A DNA stretch of 64,000 nt from an uncultured Pelagibacteraceae bacterium (GCA_902515355.1 CABXUA010000002.1:15164-79163); one strand, 5' to 3'. Shown: positions 1 to 10,856, counted from the first letter of the stretch. Notes: generated from the sequence alone by a model not told the origin. Numbers and translations are program-made.

Positions 1-308
1 GGATTTTTAATTGGCGTAGCTTTTGATGGTTTTGAAAAAGATATTAAATAAGCCAGATAAACCAAAAAAATTGAACCTAATATACGTATTATTTCCTGAA
101 TTATAGGGTACTGTCTAAAAATTAAAATTAGACCAGTGTTCATTATTATAAGCAATAAAGTCCAACCAGAAATTACGGCAAGTATCAAAGGTAATGTTTT
201 TTTATATCCAAAATTAAATCCTGAGTAAGAGGATGTAATATTATTTGGTCCAGGTGTCATAGCTGTTACAAAACCAAAAATTATTAAACTTACTAAATCA
301 GGATACAT
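1..308 (-). CDS. LysE/RhtB-family amino-acid exporter (runs off the window start; 3' end missing)
   Basis: Not in ORF track. ATG at 308 reads MYPDLVSLIIFGFVTAMTPGPNNITSSYSGFNFGYKKTLP, with the LysE-family TPGPNN motif. Confidence 0.8.
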   Translation of the reverse strand, partial: MYPDLVSLIIFGFVTAMTPGPNNITSSYSGFNFGYKKTLPLILAVISGWTLLLIIMNTGLILIFRQYPIIQEIIRILGSIFLVYLAYLISFSKPSKATPIKN

Positions 309-644
309 CTAAGCAATATCCAAACCATTTTCGGCATTTTGAGATGGGTGGACTAAAACTACCTTCCCATCTTTTTCTATTGCTCCTAATATTAAAACCT
401 CTGAGATCACTCCAGCTATATTTTTTTTTGGAAAATTACAAACCCCAATAACTTGTTTGCCGATTAGATTTTCGTTGGTGTAATAATGAGTAATTTGAGC
501 AGAAGATTGTTTAATGCCAATTTCTTTTCCAAAATCAACTTTTATAACCAAAGAAGGCTTTCTAGCTTTTTCATTTTTACTTACTGATACTACTGTTCCA
601 AGTTTTATTTGAACTTTTTTAAAATCATCAAATGTTATTTCCAT
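309..644 (-). CDS. csaA: CsaA/Trbp111 tRNA-binding export chaperone
   Basis: ITFDDFKKV...SSAQIT...NFP.K.IAG..SEVLILG, OB-fold CsaA signature. Confidence 0.9.
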   Translation of the reverse strand: MEITFDDFKKVQIKLGTVVSVSKNEKARKPSLVIKVDFGKEIGIKQSSAQITHYYTNENLIGKQVIGVCNFPKKNIAGVISEVLILGAIEKDGKVVLVHPSQNAENGLDIA

Positions 645-655
645 TTTCCCTCCTA

Positions 656-684
656 AAAAAAAGGGGGCTTTAAAGCCCCCTTTA
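656..684 (-). terminator. Intrinsic terminator downstream of livK
   Basis: AAAAAAAGGGGGC-TTTAAA-GCCCCCTTTT hairpin, giving a U-tract on the minus strand. Confidence 0.85.
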
Positions 685-705
685 TAATTTTAAAGACTAA
701 AAGAA

Positions 706-1809
706 TTACAATTGTTTGTAATTTCCTTTGCTCCACTCATACCATACATAGCCTGGTAAACTCACATCGCCTTTTTTATCAAAGCTTAGAGTTCCTAGCA
801 CCGTATTGAATTTGCCTTTTTTCATAGCCTTCATAACTTTTTTGCTATCTGTTGAACCAGCAGCTTTTGCAGCTTGTTCGAACACTTCAAGAGCAGCATA
901 CGAGTAAAGTACATAACCTTCAGGTTCTATACCTGCGGCTTTGAACTTTTTAACTAATGGAGCAGCTTCTGGATTATTTCTAGGATCTGGACTGAAAGTC
1001 ATTAATGTACCTTCACCAGCGCTACCTGTAATTTGCCAGTATTCAGCTGTTACTAAAGCATCACCACTAATTAATTTAGTTTTCATACCTTGATCTCTCA
1101 TCTGTCTAACGATCAAACCACCCTCTGTGTGGTAACCGCCAAGGTAAACTGCTTCAATGCCTTTTGACTTAAGTTTAGAAACTAGAGCTGAGTAATCTTT
1201 TTCACCTGCTGTAATTGCTTCGTACATAGTTTCTTTTAAGCCTTTTTTATTCATGTTCATTTTAGTAGCATCTGCTAAACCTTTTCCGTAAGCAGTTTTA
1301 TCATGAATAATTGCAACTTTTTTTCCTTTGTATTCTTTTGCTAAAAAATTACCAGCAACTTCACCTTGTTGGTCATCTCTACCGCAAACTCTAAATACGT
1401 TTGGTCCACCTTCATCCGTAAAAGCCGGATTTGTTGAAGCTGGAGAAACTTGGATAATGCCTTCTTCTGTATAAACTTTAGAAGCCGGTATTGAAGATCC
1501 AGAGCAGAAGTGGCCTGCAACATAGGCTACATTCTGAGATACAAATTTATTAGCAACTGCAACAGCTTGTTTAGGATCACAAGCATCATCACCAATTACT
1601 AACTTAACTTTTTCTCCATTAATTCCACCTTTTGCGTTAACGTCTTTAACCCACATTTCAGCACCAGCTTTTAACTGAGCACCAAAAGATGCGTACTGTC
1701 CACTCATTGGTCCAGCACTTGCTACAATTATATCAGCCTTTGCTGAAAATGAAGCGAACATCAAAAAGGTAGCTAATAAAGAAATTAGATATTTAATTGA
1801 TCTAATCAT
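706..1809 (-). CDS. livK: Branched-chain amino-acid ABC transporter substrate-binding protein
   Basis: Signal peptide; DDACDPKQAVAVANK, GHFCSGSS, FRVCGRDDQQG motifs of LivJ/K. Confidence 0.9.
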   Translation of the reverse strand: MIRSIKYLISLLATFLMFASFSAKADIIVASAGPMSGQYASFGAQLKAGAEMWVKDVNAKGGINGEKVKLVIGDDACDPKQAVAVANKFVSQNVAYVAGHFCSGSSIPASKVYTEEGIIQVSPASTNPAFTDEGGPNVFRVCGRDDQQGEVAGNFLAKEYKGKKVAIIHDKTAYGKGLADATKMNMNKKGLKETMYEAITAGEKDYSALVSKLKSKGIEAVYLGGYHTEGGLIVRQMRDQGMKTKLISGDALVTAEYWQITGSAGEGTLMTFSPDPRNNPEAAPLVKKFKAAGIEPEGYVLYSYAALEVFEQAAKAAGSTDSKKVMKAMKKGKFNTVLGTLSFDKKGDVSLPGYVWYEWSKGNYKQL

Positions 1810-1896
1810 TTTCTCTCCCGTTGTTTATTAATTAATTAATATGACTTATTGAACTATAACTATAAGTTACTGTAAATATATAAACTGTCCAAAAAC

Positions 1897-2613
1897 TTAT
1901 TTTTTTCCACCCTCTAAGTAAGCAGATTGCACGTCAGGGTTGTTTAATAGATCTTTTCCTGAACCTTCTAAATTTATATTACCATTTACTAAAACATAGC
2001 CTCTATCAGCAAGCTCTAAAGCTTTTTTAGCATTTTGTTCAACTAAAAATACAGTAACTCCCTTCTCTTTATTAATATTTTTTATCGAAATAAATATTTG
2101 ATTCACCAGTTTGGGCGCAATACCCAAAGAAGGTTCATCTAATAGTAACATTTTAGGTCTAGCCATCATCGCTCTACCAATTGCCAGCATTTGTTGTTCT
2201 CCGCCCGATAAAGTTCCGCCTCTTTGGGTTAGTCTGTCTCTCAAAACTGGGAAAAGATCGTAAACTTCTTTTGAATCCTCATCAAAATTTTTTCCTTTAT
2301 TGTTTGAAGATGCTCCTAATCTTAAATTGTCCTCTACAGTCAAACGTGAAAATATTCTTCTTCCTTCAGGTACTTGTGATATACCTAAATTTACTATTTC
2401 GTGTGGAGGTAAATTTTCAATATTTTTATTATCAAAATTGATTGTGCCTTTTGCAGCTTTATTAACTCCACTTATAGTCATCAATAAAGTTGATTTACCA
2501 GCACCATTTGACCCGATTAAAGCAACAATTTCTCCATTGTTAACTTTAATATCAACTCCTCTTAAGGCCTGAATATTTCCATAAAATGTTTCTACTTTTG
2601 AAATGTTTAACAT
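1897..2613 (-). CDS. livF: BCAA ABC transporter ATPase
   Basis: Walker A GSNGAGKST, VPEGRRIF, LSGGEQQMLAIGRAMM, LVEQNA. Confidence 0.92.
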   Translation of the reverse strand: MLNISKVETFYGNIQALRGVDIKVNNGEIVALIGSNGAGKSTLLMTISGVNKAAKGTINFDNKNIENLPPHEIVNLGISQVPEGRRIFSRLTVEDNLRLGASSNNKGKNFDEDSKEVYDLFPVLRDRLTQRGGTLSGGEQQMLAIGRAMMARPKMLLLDEPSLGIAPKLVNQIFISIKNINKEKGVTVFLVEQNAKKALELADRGYVLVNGNINLEGSGKDLLNNPDVQSAYLEGGKK

Positions 2614-2614
2614 T

Positions 2615-3409
2615 TTAATCTTCCGTTCCTAAATAAGCTTCTATTACTTCTGGGCTATTTTTTGTTTCTTTTGCGGTACCTTCAAAAATTTTCTTTCCAT
2701 AATTTAAAACCACAACATGATCAGAAATACCCATAACGACACTCATATCGTGCTCGATTAACAAAATTCCCGTTTTTTTTTCATTCTTTATAAATAGCAG
2801 TAATTTGTTTAGTTCTGCAGACTCTTTTGCATTTAATCCGGCTGCTGGTTCATCTAAACATAGAAGCTGAGGATTAATACACATAGCCCTAACAATTTCT
2901 AATTTCCTTTGGTCTCCATAAGGAAGATCGCCAGCATTATCATCAGCTCTATTTGTTAAATTAATTATATCCAACCAATATTTTGAAATTTCGATTGCTT
3001 CTTTTTCCTTCTTTAAAAAAGATGGTGCATTTACCAAACCAAGTATAGAAAATCCTGAAGCAATCATTAATTTATTGTGTTGAGCAACCATCATATTTTC
3101 TAATACAGACATCTGAGGAAATAGCCTAATATTTTGAAAAGTTCTAGCAACACCGGCTTTCTGGGCCACTTTAAAATCTGAAAATTTTTTCAAATCTAAT
3201 TTCTTATTATCTTTGTTTAGAAACATTGAGCCTGAAGTAGCTTTATAAAAACCTGTCAAACAGTTAAAAACTGTAGTTTTTCCAGCGCCATTCGGACCAA
3301 TAATAGAGGTAATATTATCTTTTTTTGCTGAAAAAGATAAATCGTCTATGGCTAAAAGTCCGCCAAATCTCATTGATAAATTTTCAACATCAAGCAAATT
3401 ATCTCTCAT
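2615..3409 (-). CDS. livG: BCAA ABC transporter ATPase
   Basis: GPNGAGKTT, RTFQNIRLF, LPYGDQRKLEI, LDEPAAGLN. Confidence 0.92.
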   Translation of the reverse strand: MRDNLLDVENLSMRFGGLLAIDDLSFSAKKDNITSIIGPNGAGKTTVFNCLTGFYKATSGSMFLNKDNKKLDLKKFSDFKVAQKAGVARTFQNIRLFPQMSVLENMMVAQHNKLMIASGFSILGLVNAPSFLKKEKEAIEISKYWLDIINLTNRADDNAGDLPYGDQRKLEIVRAMCINPQLLCLDEPAAGLNAKESAELNKLLLFIKNEKKTGILLIEHDMSVVMGISDHVVVLNYGKKIFEGTAKETKNSPEVIEAYLGTED

Positions 3410-3413
3410 AAAA

Positions 3414-4682
3414 TTATTTTTCTTTCCTCATAGTTATAGTTGGCTTTCGAGTTGCAAGAATACCTTTGGGTCTAAAGACCATTATTAAAACCATAGCTCC
3501 TCCAAAAGCTACCATTCTATAAGACTCAAAATCCCTAAAAACCTCTATCAAGCCAATTAAAAAGATAGTTGATAATACAACACCTGTTTGAGAACCCATA
3601 CCACCCAAAACTACTATGGCAACTATTATTGCTGACTCAATAAAAGTAAAGCTCTCAGGACTTATAAAAGCTTGTCGAGTTGCAAAAAAGGATCCGGCAA
3701 ATCCTCCAAACATTGCTCCTACTGCAAAAGCAGTAAGTTTAGTATTTCTCGGATTAACACCTAAAGATTTACATGCTATCTCGTCCTCTCTAAGTGCTTC
3801 CCAGGCTCTTCCAACAGGTAATTTTCTAATCTTAATGGTAAAAAAATTTGTGATTAAAGCTAAAATAAGTATTAAATAATAAAGAAAAATTATCCTTTGC
3901 ATTGGGCTATACTCTAATCCGAAAAAAGTATGAAAGGTTTCTACGCCCTCATCGGGATAGCGTTTAAAGGGCAAGCCAAAAAATGATGGTCGAGGAATTC
4001 CAGTTAATCCGTCAGGACCTTTGGTAAGATCATACCAGTTCAACAATAAAATTCTTATCATTTCACCAAAAGCAAGAGTTACGATTGCCAAGTAATCTCC
4101 TCTCAGTCTTAAAACAGGAAATCCTAGCAATATTCCAAATAAACCTGCAAATAGACCAGCAAGTGGAAGACAGATCCAAAAGGACCAACCAAAATGAATG
4201 GCAAATAGTGCATAGGAATAAGCTCCGACCGCATAAAAAGCGACATAACCTAAATCTAAAAGACCGGCTAAACCTATAACAATATTAAGACCCCAACCTA
4301 ACATGATGTATGTCATCATCATTATGGCAATATCCATCCAGTAACGATCAGCGAATGGCATGAAAGGAAAGATCACTGAAAAAATAACTGCTCCTAAAGC
4401 TATCTGTGCGCCCTTGGTGTCTAAAAAATTTGTAATTGATTTACCTATAGAAGAAGCTTCTCCTCTTCTTTGCTCTTTTTTAAATGTATAAATATTAATT
4501 AAAAATCTACCAACCGTACAAACTAAAACAATTAAACCAACTACAAGCCATTTAGGTTGAACAACCAAAGCTTCGTTTACAGCAACTGTTCTAAGTCCTA
4601 CTATAGGACCAAAAAGAGCTAAGGCTACTATTCCAGTAAATAAACTATCTTTAATTGAACTTTGAAAAAAATTTTTATTCAT
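3414..4682 (-). CDS. livM: BCAA ABC transporter permease
   Basis: GLAGLLDLGYVAFYAVGAY, LRLRGDYLAIVTL, GRAWEALREDEIAC. Confidence 0.92.
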   Translation of the reverse strand: MNKNFFQSSIKDSLFTGIVALALFGPIVGLRTVAVNEALVVQPKWLVVGLIVLVCTVGRFLINIYTFKKEQRRGEASSIGKSITNFLDTKGAQIALGAVIFSVIFPFMPFADRYWMDIAIMMMTYIMLGWGLNIVIGLAGLLDLGYVAFYAVGAYSYALFAIHFGWSFWICLPLAGLFAGLFGILLGFPVLRLRGDYLAIVTLAFGEMIRILLLNWYDLTKGPDGLTGIPRPSFFGLPFKRYPDEGVETFHTFFGLEYSPMQRIIFLYYLILILALITNFFTIKIRKLPVGRAWEALREDEIACKSLGVNPRNTKLTAFAVGAMFGGFAGSFFATRQAFISPESFTFIESAIIVAIVVLGGMGSQTGVVLSTIFLIGLIEVFRDFESYRMVAFGGAMVLIMVFRPKGILATRKPTITMRKEK

Positions 4683-5594
4683 TTATACTTTTTCAATATC
4701 CGGTTTGCCTAAAAAACCAGTCGGGAAAAATATTAAAACTATCACTAAAGTTGAAAACGCAGCTATGTCTTTGTATTCAATTGAAATATATCCAGACCAA
4801 AATGTTTCTATTAAGCCGATTAATAGTCCTCCCAACATAGCTCCAGGAATAGAGCCTATTCCTCCCAGGACAGCTGCTGTGAAAGCTTTTATTCCAGCTA
4901 AAAATCCTATGTAAAAATCTATTACACCGTAATACATTACAAACATCATTCCAGCGACTGAAGCTAATGATGAACCGATGATAAATGTCATGGAAATAGT
5001 TCTGTCTACATTAATTCCCATTAAAGCCGTCATTGTTCTATCCTGTTCACATGCACGTTGTGCTCGTCCTAGAGCTGTCCTCGTAATAAATAATGTGAAA
5101 ATTGCCATTAAAACTATTGTTACTATAACAATAAAAATTTGAAGATAGCTTAGTGTGACTGTAAAATTACTATCCTCAAAAAAATTAAACCCACCTTGAA
5201 TGACCGGTTGAAGAGTTTTTATTCGAGCTCCTTGAGCTGCTTGAACATAGTTTTGAAGAACAATCGACATACCTAGTGCTGAAATTAATGGAGCTAACCT
5301 AAAAGATTTTCTTAATGGCTTATAAGCAAGTTTTTCAACAGTCCAACCATAACAAGCAGTAAAAACCATTGCTATAAGCAAAGTTAAAAGAAGTACGATA
5401 GGTAATGCAATGCTTGTTAGTGCAAATAATATAAAAGAAATTAAAGCTACAAAAGCTCCCACCATGAAAATATCTCCATGGGCAAAATTAATCATGCCTA
5501 TAATTCCGTAAACCATTGTGTAACCAATAGCTATCAGTCCGTATACTGATCCAAGAGTTAGACCGTTTATTAATTGTTGTAAGAAATACTCCAT
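4683..5594 (-). CDS. livH: BCAA ABC transporter permease
   Basis: QQLINGLTLGSVYGLIAIGYTMVYGIIGMINFAHG; KAFTAAVLGGIGSIPGA. Confidence 0.92.
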   Translation of the reverse strand: MEYFLQQLINGLTLGSVYGLIAIGYTMVYGIIGMINFAHGDIFMVGAFVALISFILFALTSIALPIVLLLTLLIAMVFTACYGWTVEKLAYKPLRKSFRLAPLISALGMSIVLQNYVQAAQGARIKTLQPVIQGGFNFFEDSNFTVTLSYLQIFIVIVTIVLMAIFTLFITRTALGRAQRACEQDRTMTALMGINVDRTISMTFIIGSSLASVAGMMFVMYYGVIDFYIGFLAGIKAFTAAVLGGIGSIPGAMLGGLLIGLIETFWSGYISIEYKDIAAFSTLVIVLIFFPTGFLGKPDIEKV

Positions 5595-5616
5595 CTCCCC
5601 CGTTTAACTTATATTT

Positions 5617-6375
5617 TTAAAATTTTTTAAAGATGCTATTTAATGCTTTTTGTTGGATTTTGTAAAACTTCTTTTTTTTTAGTTCCTTAAGGACATAGGC
5701 ATTGGTTCCACCAGGGGTTTGGGATTCCACTACAAGTTGTTGTAAAGATATTTTATTTTTAAAAACTGCATCTTGAGAAAGTGCTAAAAAAAGTTGCTTT
5801 ACGTAATTTTCTGCCTCGGCTCTTTTAACTCCCTTAGTTACAAGCCAATCACTAGTGACTGATATCAAATTATAAAAAGGAGCCATAAAAGAGGATGTTG
5901 CCCAAAAGCTTCTAGAAATTTTTTCATTTTTAATTTCTATAACGGTTCCTAAATGTTTGAAAAAAGATTTTAATTTTCTATCAGGCGGACATATAACTAC
6001 GGGTCCTTTTTTCATTCCTATAAATGGAAGGGGAATTACTCGAGTAATATTTTTTTTTCTGGTAATTTCTTTCAATTTGTTCAATTTAATCGTCGAAATA
6101 AAGCTTATTATTTTTTTATTTTTATCAAATTTAAGTTTTTTTAAAATTTTAATTCCAATCTGAGGCGTTATAGCTAAAAAAATCCAATTACTTTTTTCTA
6201 TTAATTGTTGATTATTTTTTGCAATTAATACTTTTTTAAATTTTTTACTTAGACTTTTAGCAATTTTCTTGTTTCTAGGAGAAATGTAAATTTTTTTGAT
6301 TTTTAATTTTGATTTAAAAATACCTTGAATTACTGATGAAGTAATATGACCTGTTCCTAAAAAACCAATTTTCAT
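5617..6375 (-). CDS. proC: Pyrroline-5-carboxylate reductase-like protein
   Basis: N-terminal GFLGTGHI Rossmann motif, C-terminal TPGGT motif. Confidence 0.7.
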   Translation of the reverse strand: MKIGFLGTGHITSSVIQGIFKSKLKIKKIYISPRNKKIAKSLSKKFKKVLIAKNNQQLIEKSNWIFLAITPQIGIKILKKLKFDKNKKIISFISTIKLNKLKEITRKKNITRVIPLPFIGMKKGPVVICPPDRKLKSFFKHLGTVIEIKNEKISRSFWATSSFMAPFYNLISVTSDWLVTKGVKRAEAENYVKQLFLALSQDAVFKNKISLQQLVVESQTPGGTNAYVLKELKKKKFYKIQQKALNSIFKKF

Positions 6376-6707
6376 AAGCCTGATAAAAGTGATAAAAGTA
6401 TAGCAGAAAAGACAGTGGGTAAAACCAAGTTTTTCTTAGTAATTATGAATAACATTATACAAGATATTAAAACTATTAATCTTAAGATTAAATCTGCTTC
6501 AGCCAAAACTCCTGCCGGAAAAATGATCATTCTAGCTAAAAGTGCAGCAAGTGTAGCGTAGGCAACATAATTAAACCATTGAAAAACTTTTGAGTCTGCT
6601 TTGACTTTTTCTGATGTCAAAACTCCTAAAAACCTCGATAAAAATGTTGCTAAAGAAGTGACTATAATAACTAATATTATTTGAGTGTTAATATCCATTT
6701 TTATCAC
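6372..6707 (-). CDS. azlD: AzlD-family membrane protein (start may be MDIN at 6698)
   Basis: Small hydrophobic protein with T(F)LSRFLG motif, downstream of azlC. Confidence 0.75.
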   Translation of the reverse strand: MIKMDINTQIILVIIVTSLATFLSRFLGVLTSEKVKADSKVFQWFNYVAYATLAALLARMIIFPAGVLAEADLILRLIVLISCIMLFIITKKNLVLPTVFSAILLSLLSGL

Positions 6708-7392
6708 CTAATAAAAAACTTAAAGATCCTCCAATTATACCTGCATATAAGATAGACCATTCAGGAGAAATCAGATAAATAATGGGTCCTAATACTGCCC
6801 CCACAATAGAGGCAATAGCAATTTTCGTATCGCTCATAGCCCCAATTATCATGCAGAAAAAGTAAACAGGATTTACAATTGCCAATCCAATTAACATGTC
6901 CTCATTTAAATAATCTGCAACTGAATAACCTAACAAAGTTGTAATAACTGCTGTTGAAATGGTGCCAGTGCCTATGCCTATCCAAAAATCTATTCTATAT
7001 TTATTTTCAACTCTTTTATATTTTTCCTTCATAATTAACCAAGAAGACACTGCTAGAAAATGGCAAGAAAGATAGTATTTCCATCTTGGTTGGTCTTTAT
7101 GTTTTAGAAGGGGTACCAAGGAAACTGTCATTGGGTATAATCTTGCATTAACTAACCAAACAGCTAAAAAAATATTTATTAGAGAAGCTCCTACTATAAA
7201 TGACTCAGCCATTACTAGCTGTCCAGGTAAGGCGTAAGTCAGAAAACTTGATAAAGCACTTTGTTGAAAATTAAAACCAGCATCTTTTAGTAAAGCTCCT
7301 AAAGCAATAAAGCTACAGCCCAAAGGTAGAGCTGGGCTTCTTAGCCCAATCAAAGATTTGAGGCCTTGAAAAAAATATTTTGAATTTATCAT
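6688..7392 (-). CDS. azlC: AzlC-family branched-chain amino-acid exporter
   Basis: YALPGQLV...VWLVNAR motif, multiple TM segments. Confidence 0.8.
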   Translation of the reverse strand: MINSKYFFQGLKSLIGLRSPALPLGCSFIALGALLKDAGFNFQQSALSSFLTYALPGQLVMAESFIVGASLINIFLAVWLVNARLYPMTVSLVPLLKHKDQPRWKYYLSCHFLAVSSWLIMKEKYKRVENKYRIDFWIGIGTGTISTAVITTLLGYSVADYLNEDMLIGLAIVNPVYFFCMIIGAMSDTKIAIASIVGAVLGPIIYLISPEWSILYAGIIGGSLSFLLGDKNGY

Positions 7393-8174
7393 CCACCAAG
7401 AAACAATCTGCCTACATCAGGATTTTTTAGAAGCTCTTTCCCCTTTCCGACGATAGCAGTTTGTCCAGAAACTAATACATATCCTATATCTGCAAACTCA
7501 AGACCTTTTTTTGCATTTTGTTCAACCATAATAATTGTTTTCTTTTCATTTTTTTGCAAGTCTCCTAAAATTTCAAAAACCATTTCTATATATCTTGGTT
7601 CTAATCCTATTGATGGTTCATCAACTAAAAGTATAGATGGGCGCATTACAAGAGCTCTAGAAATTTCTAGCAATCTTCTTTCACCGCCTGATAAAACCTT
7701 GGCTGGTTGACTTCTTCTTTTATTTAAACGGTCGTATTTTTCTAAAACCTTTTTTGCCTCAGAGTAAGATTCTTCTGTTTTATCTTTAATATATCCACCC
7801 ATTAATAAATTTTCTTCAACAGTCATATCCGGGAATATAGAATTATCTTGAAGAATATATGCTATACCGACGCTCTTTAGTTTTTCAGCTGGAGTTAGAT
7901 TTGTTATTTCTTTTCCATCGATTTCTATTTTACCAGAAAAAATATTTGTAAAACCATAAATGGAATGAAGTATTGTAGATTTTCCAGCTCCATTCGGTCC
8001 AATTAGGCACAATGACTGTGCTTTATCTACTAGTAAATTAAAGTTATGAAGTATTTCCATTTTTCCATAACCAGCTGATAAATTTTTAATTTGTAAATGC
8101 AAATTAGATCCTGAAAGTTTTTGTAAATCTTTTATATCTGGTGCTTTACCTAAAACTTCGTATTGATTAGCCAT
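7389..8174 (-). CDS. Second HAAT-type ABC transporter ATPase (LivF-like)
   Basis: GPNGAGKST, LSGGERRLLEI, VEQNAKK. Confidence 0.88.
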   Translation of the reverse strand: MANQYEVLGKAPDIKDLQKLSGSNLHLQIKNLSAGYGKMEILHNFNLLVDKAQSLCLIGPNGAGKSTILHSIYGFTNIFSGKIEIDGKEITNLTPAEKLKSVGIAYILQDNSIFPDMTVEENLLMGGYIKDKTEESYSEAKKVLEKYDRLNKRRSQPAKVLSGGERRLLEISRALVMRPSILLVDEPSIGLEPRYIEMVFEILGDLQKNEKKTIIMVEQNAKKGLEFADIGYVLVSGQTAIVGKGKELLKNPDVGRLFLGG

Positions 8175-8914
8175 TATTGAGCTCCTAGATAAGCATCTAT
8201 AACACGCTTATCGTTTTTAATTTTATCAGGTGAGCCTTCTGCTAAAAGTTTTCCATGAGCTAGACAAAAAATACTTTGTGCTAAACTCATAATAACTTTC
8301 ATGTTGTGTTCAATAACTAATAAAGTGATGCCATAATCTTTGTTTATTTTTATTAATCTATCAATAATTCCATTTATTAAAGTAGGATTTATTCCGGCTG
8401 TAGGTTCGTCTAATAAAAGCATTTTAGGTTCATTCATAAGTGCCATTGCAAGTTCTAGAAGTTTTTGCTGACCAAAAGAAAGATCGCCAGCTCTAAGTTT
8501 TCTTTTTTGATATAAGCCAACAAAATTTAAAAGACTCTCAGCCCTCTCTGTCAATTCGATAGGAATTCTTGAAAAAATTTTTGAGAAGCCTTGATCGCTT
8601 TGTTTGTGACTTATAAGCATATTTTCAACGCAGTTTAGTTTGCTATAAATTCTAGTTTGTTGAAATGTTCTTAACAAACCCAGTTTAGCGACTACAGGCA
8701 CTGGTAATTGTGAAACTTCTTTATTGTTAAATTTTATTGATCCTTGGTCAATTGGATGAGTTCCAACTATAGAATTAAATAAAGTGGTTTTACCTGATCC
8801 ATTTGGTCCAATTAATCCAACGATTGATCCCTGTTCAACGTTTAATGAAATTTCAACATTAGCTTTAACACCTCCAAAAGATTTACTTACATTTTTTATT
8901 TCTAATATGCTCAT
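8174..8914 (-). CDS. Second HAAT-type ABC transporter ATPase (LivG-like)
   Basis: GPNGSGKTT, RTFQ, LSFGQQKLLEL, LDEPTAG. Confidence 0.88.
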   Translation of the reverse strand: MSILEIKNVSKSFGGVKANVEISLNVEQGSIVGLIGPNGSGKTTLFNSIVGTHPIDQGSIKFNNKEVSQLPVPVVAKLGLLRTFQQTRIYSKLNCVENMLISHKQSDQGFSKIFSRIPIELTERAESLLNFVGLYQKRKLRAGDLSFGQQKLLELAMALMNEPKMLLLDEPTAGINPTLINGIIDRLIKINKDYGITLLVIEHNMKVIMSLAQSIFCLAHGKLLAEGSPDKIKNDKRVIDAYLGAQ

Positions 8915-9966
8915 TTTAATTCCACCTGAGCTTTTCGGTCTTTTTCATCAATTACTTCACCAAATCTTTGAGGATATTTTTCCCTTAACCATCCCATTAA
9001 TCCTTCTGGGAAATAAATTACAATAACAACAATTAAAACTCCTAATGCAACATACTGCCAACCCAATATTAAAGTCCAAAAACCTTCTTTGAGGAAATGG
9101 AATAAAGTTGCTCCAATTACTGGCCCCCATAAAGTTCCTTTGCCTCCAAGAATTGCCATTAAAACCATGAACACTCCCATCTCTCTTCCATCAAAAGCAA
9201 CATCGGTTGAGTCAATATATCCAATTAGTCCGCCCATAATTCCTCCTGCGAGACCACAGAAAAAAGCTGAAACCATCCAACCAACAATTTTATATTTCAT
9301 TGTCTGAATGCCCATTGCTTCTGCTTTATCCTCGTTATCTCTTATGGCGTTAAGAATTAATTTAAATCTTGATCCGTAAATCCATTTAACAAAAACAAAA
9401 GTTGCAATTAACATTATAAAACTTAAATAGTAGAAAAATTCTCCTCTTGCTTCTGGATCAACAATATCTTTTGGAAATGGCGGAGTAGTAAAACCTTGAC
9501 CTGCTCCAATTATTTCAATTCCTCCTGCAATTTCACCTGCTGCAATTCCTAAACCTAAAGTACAAATTGCAAAGTAATGGCCTCTTAGTCCTAGAATAGC
9601 ATAACCAATTAAACCAGCTACAATTGTCGGTATGATAGCAGCAACTAATAAACCAACACCCATCCCTTGAAAAAATTGTGTTGTAGTATGTACAAATGTT
9701 TTCTCACCACCGCTTTCCGTCCATTCTGCTAAAGGAAAAAACATACCAACCTGAACTGAGGCGCATAAATACATCCCAAGACCATAGAAAAGAATATTTC
9801 CAAAAGAATTATAGCCCATTTCTCCACCTTGTAAGTTCCATGTCATTGCCAATACTATTAAAACGCAAAGTATAGTTAACTGAACTTTAAACCCTGGAAA
9901 GATAAAGGGTGCAACTAAACCAAGAATAATTAAACCAACATACAAAATTAAATCTTTTTGTTTCAT
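8911..9966 (-). CDS. Second HAAT-type ABC transporter permease (LivM-like)
   Basis: LRGHYFAICTL, AIRDNEDKAEAMGI, ILGGKGTLWGP. Confidence 0.88.
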   Translation of the reverse strand: MKQKDLILYVGLIILGLVAPFIFPGFKVQLTILCVLIVLAMTWNLQGGEMGYNSFGNILFYGLGMYLCASVQVGMFFPLAEWTESGGEKTFVHTTTQFFQGMGVGLLVAAIIPTIVAGLIGYAILGLRGHYFAICTLGLGIAAGEIAGGIEIIGAGQGFTTPPFPKDIVDPEARGEFFYYLSFIMLIATFVFVKWIYGSRFKLILNAIRDNEDKAEAMGIQTMKYKIVGWMVSAFFCGLAGGIMGGLIGYIDSTDVAFDGREMGVFMVLMAILGGKGTLWGPVIGATLFHFLKEGFWTLILGWQYVALGVLIVVIVIYFPEGLMGWLREKYPQRFGEVIDEKDRKAQVELK

Positions 9967-10856
9967 TTTAAATACTCTCTTTTTCTTGAAAGTTTAAATC
10001 TTCTGAAAACAAGTATGAGAACTAATAACATGAAGACAGATCCTATTCTAAATTCTGTACCTAGAATATAATCGGCAAATTCCTCAAAAACTCCTAATCC
10101 CATTCCCGAAATAGCTACTGCAGGTAAATTACCTAAACCAGCAACGATAACAATCATGAAAGATCTAACTGTATAAGGTAATCCTACATATGGATGTAAT
10201 GTAAATGTGATAGCAATTAATGCACCAGCAACACCACAAAGCGCAGCGTTAATTCCAAAAGTTGCTGCGTAAACTCTTTCTGTATCTACTCCTAAAATTT
10301 TTGCAGCTCTAGCATTTTGTGCAGTTGCTCGGATAGCTCGTCCAAGCTTTGATTTCTTCATATAAATAACTAAAACGATAGCGTATAAAACACTTATTGC
10401 TGCAGAAAATATTGTCGAATGGGGTAGAGTTATAATATTATCAAAAAACATTGTTGTTCCATACCCTGATTGAGCCACAACAACATCTGCTCCAAAAATA
10501 AAATTCATTAATTGTTGAAATACAATCGCAATACCAAATGTTGCTAAAATTGAAATAAAAAGATCTCTGTCGACTACTTTGTTAATTACAAGTTTATAAA
10601 GTCCCCAACCTACAAAAAACATTATTATTGGAGAAACGATTACTCCCCAGGCAGGATGTATACCAGCAAGATACATGCTGTAAGCAATGTAACCTCCAAG
10701 AATTACTAAGTCACCTTGAGCAATATTTATTATATTCATAACTCCCCATTGAAGGGCCATTCCATAAGCTATTAATGCAAATAGAATACCAATTAGAATT
10801 CCATCCAATGTGGCTTGGACCATTAAGATAGGTGCTTCAAAAATTAAAAAGTCCAT
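9963..10856 (-). CDS. Second HAAT-type ABC transporter permease (LivH-like)
   Basis: GVMNIINIAQG, GRAIRATAQN, IVIVAGLGN. Confidence 0.88.
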   Translation of the reverse strand: MDFLIFEAPILMVQATLDGILIGILFALIAYGMALQWGVMNIINIAQGDLVILGGYIAYSMYLAGIHPAWGVIVSPIIMFFVGWGLYKLVINKVVDRDLFISILATFGIAIVFQQLMNFIFGADVVVAQSGYGTTMFFDNIITLPHSTIFSAAISVLYAIVLVIYMKKSKLGRAIRATAQNARAAKILGVDTERVYAATFGINAALCGVAGALIAITFTLHPYVGLPYTVRSFMIVIVAGLGNLPAVAISGMGLGVFEEFADYILGTEFRIGSVFMLLVLILVFRRFKLSRKREYLK